From assembly GCA_965246965.1 (NCBI GenBank), contig CBDFGD010000001.1:12503-76502 (forward strand): a stretch of DNA of 64,000 bases, in the 5' to 3' direction. Position numbers and translations under genes: made by a program. Source of the DNA: Vicinamibacteria bacterium (lineage in GTDB: Bacteria; Acidobacteriota; Vicinamibacteria; Fen-336; CBDFGD01). The notes beneath the pieces were generated by a model that was not told where the DNA came from, made no database searches, and saw only the letters and a list, made by a program, of their open reading frames with translations. Of this stretch, positions 63,934 to 64,000 are shown piece by piece (the stretch's first letter is position 1; the number at the start of each line of letters is the position of its first letter).

Positions 63934-64000
63934 CTAGAACGCCCAGCCGATGACGAAGATGTAGCCGATCTGGTGCTCGGATCGGATGCCGTAGCTGGCC
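63934..64000 (-). CDS. 3' end of a gene (outer-membrane beta-barrel-like C-terminus), partial
   Basis: The reverse strand reads ...ASYGIRSEHQIGYIFVIGWAF*. The terminal aromatic residue is typical of OMPs. Only 22 codons are visible. Confidence 0.35.
   Translation of the reverse strand, partial: ASYGIRSEHQIGYIFVIGWAF

Overview
This is a visibly GC-rich bacterial chromosomal segment. Gene content and repeat type resemble Acidobacteriota/Gemmatimonadota-like environmental lineages, but that placement is a guess.

I can support about 55 protein-coding loci. Most are housekeeping, envelope or stress genes:
- cspA, an alanine/cation symporter, thyA-folA-nth, pfk, serA and htpX
- a DNA-alkylation repair cluster
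- several secreted peptidases
- two two-component systems
- outer-membrane and TonB-dependent-like proteins

I saw no rRNA, tRNA or CRISPR.

Four things stand out:
1. There are three IS types. Two near-identical IS1182-family copies are both dead: one is split by a nested IS3/IS481-like element flanked by a 13-bp duplication, the other carries a 22-bp deletion. One IS1595 (ISXO2-like) element looks intact and has an 8-bp target duplication.
2. A dispersed ~190-bp self-complementary repeat (GTCATCCTGAGCG...CTCAGAATGACG plus a CCGTGTCTC...GTGGCTGCCGT tail) occurs whole or in part at seven or more intergenic sites. One copy lies inside an operon.
3. About 12 conserved genes are broken by 1-2 nt frameshifts, internal deletions or in-frame TAG/TGA codons. 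This means either consensus errors or real gene decay.
4. Several gene neighbourhoods are worth a second look:
   - a radical-SAM enzyme coupled to an ArsM-like methyltransferase at the left edge
   - an MBOAT plus AlgJ/X-like-TolB-propeller fusion
   - an AttEFGH-like ABC operon carrying an extra small 4-Cys protein
   - a pair of secreted RG/RGG-rich proteins

I found no clear-cut new multi-gene system such as a defence or secretion system. The candidates above are hypotheses. All calls come from reading the translated ORFs and the DNA by eye; no searches were run.
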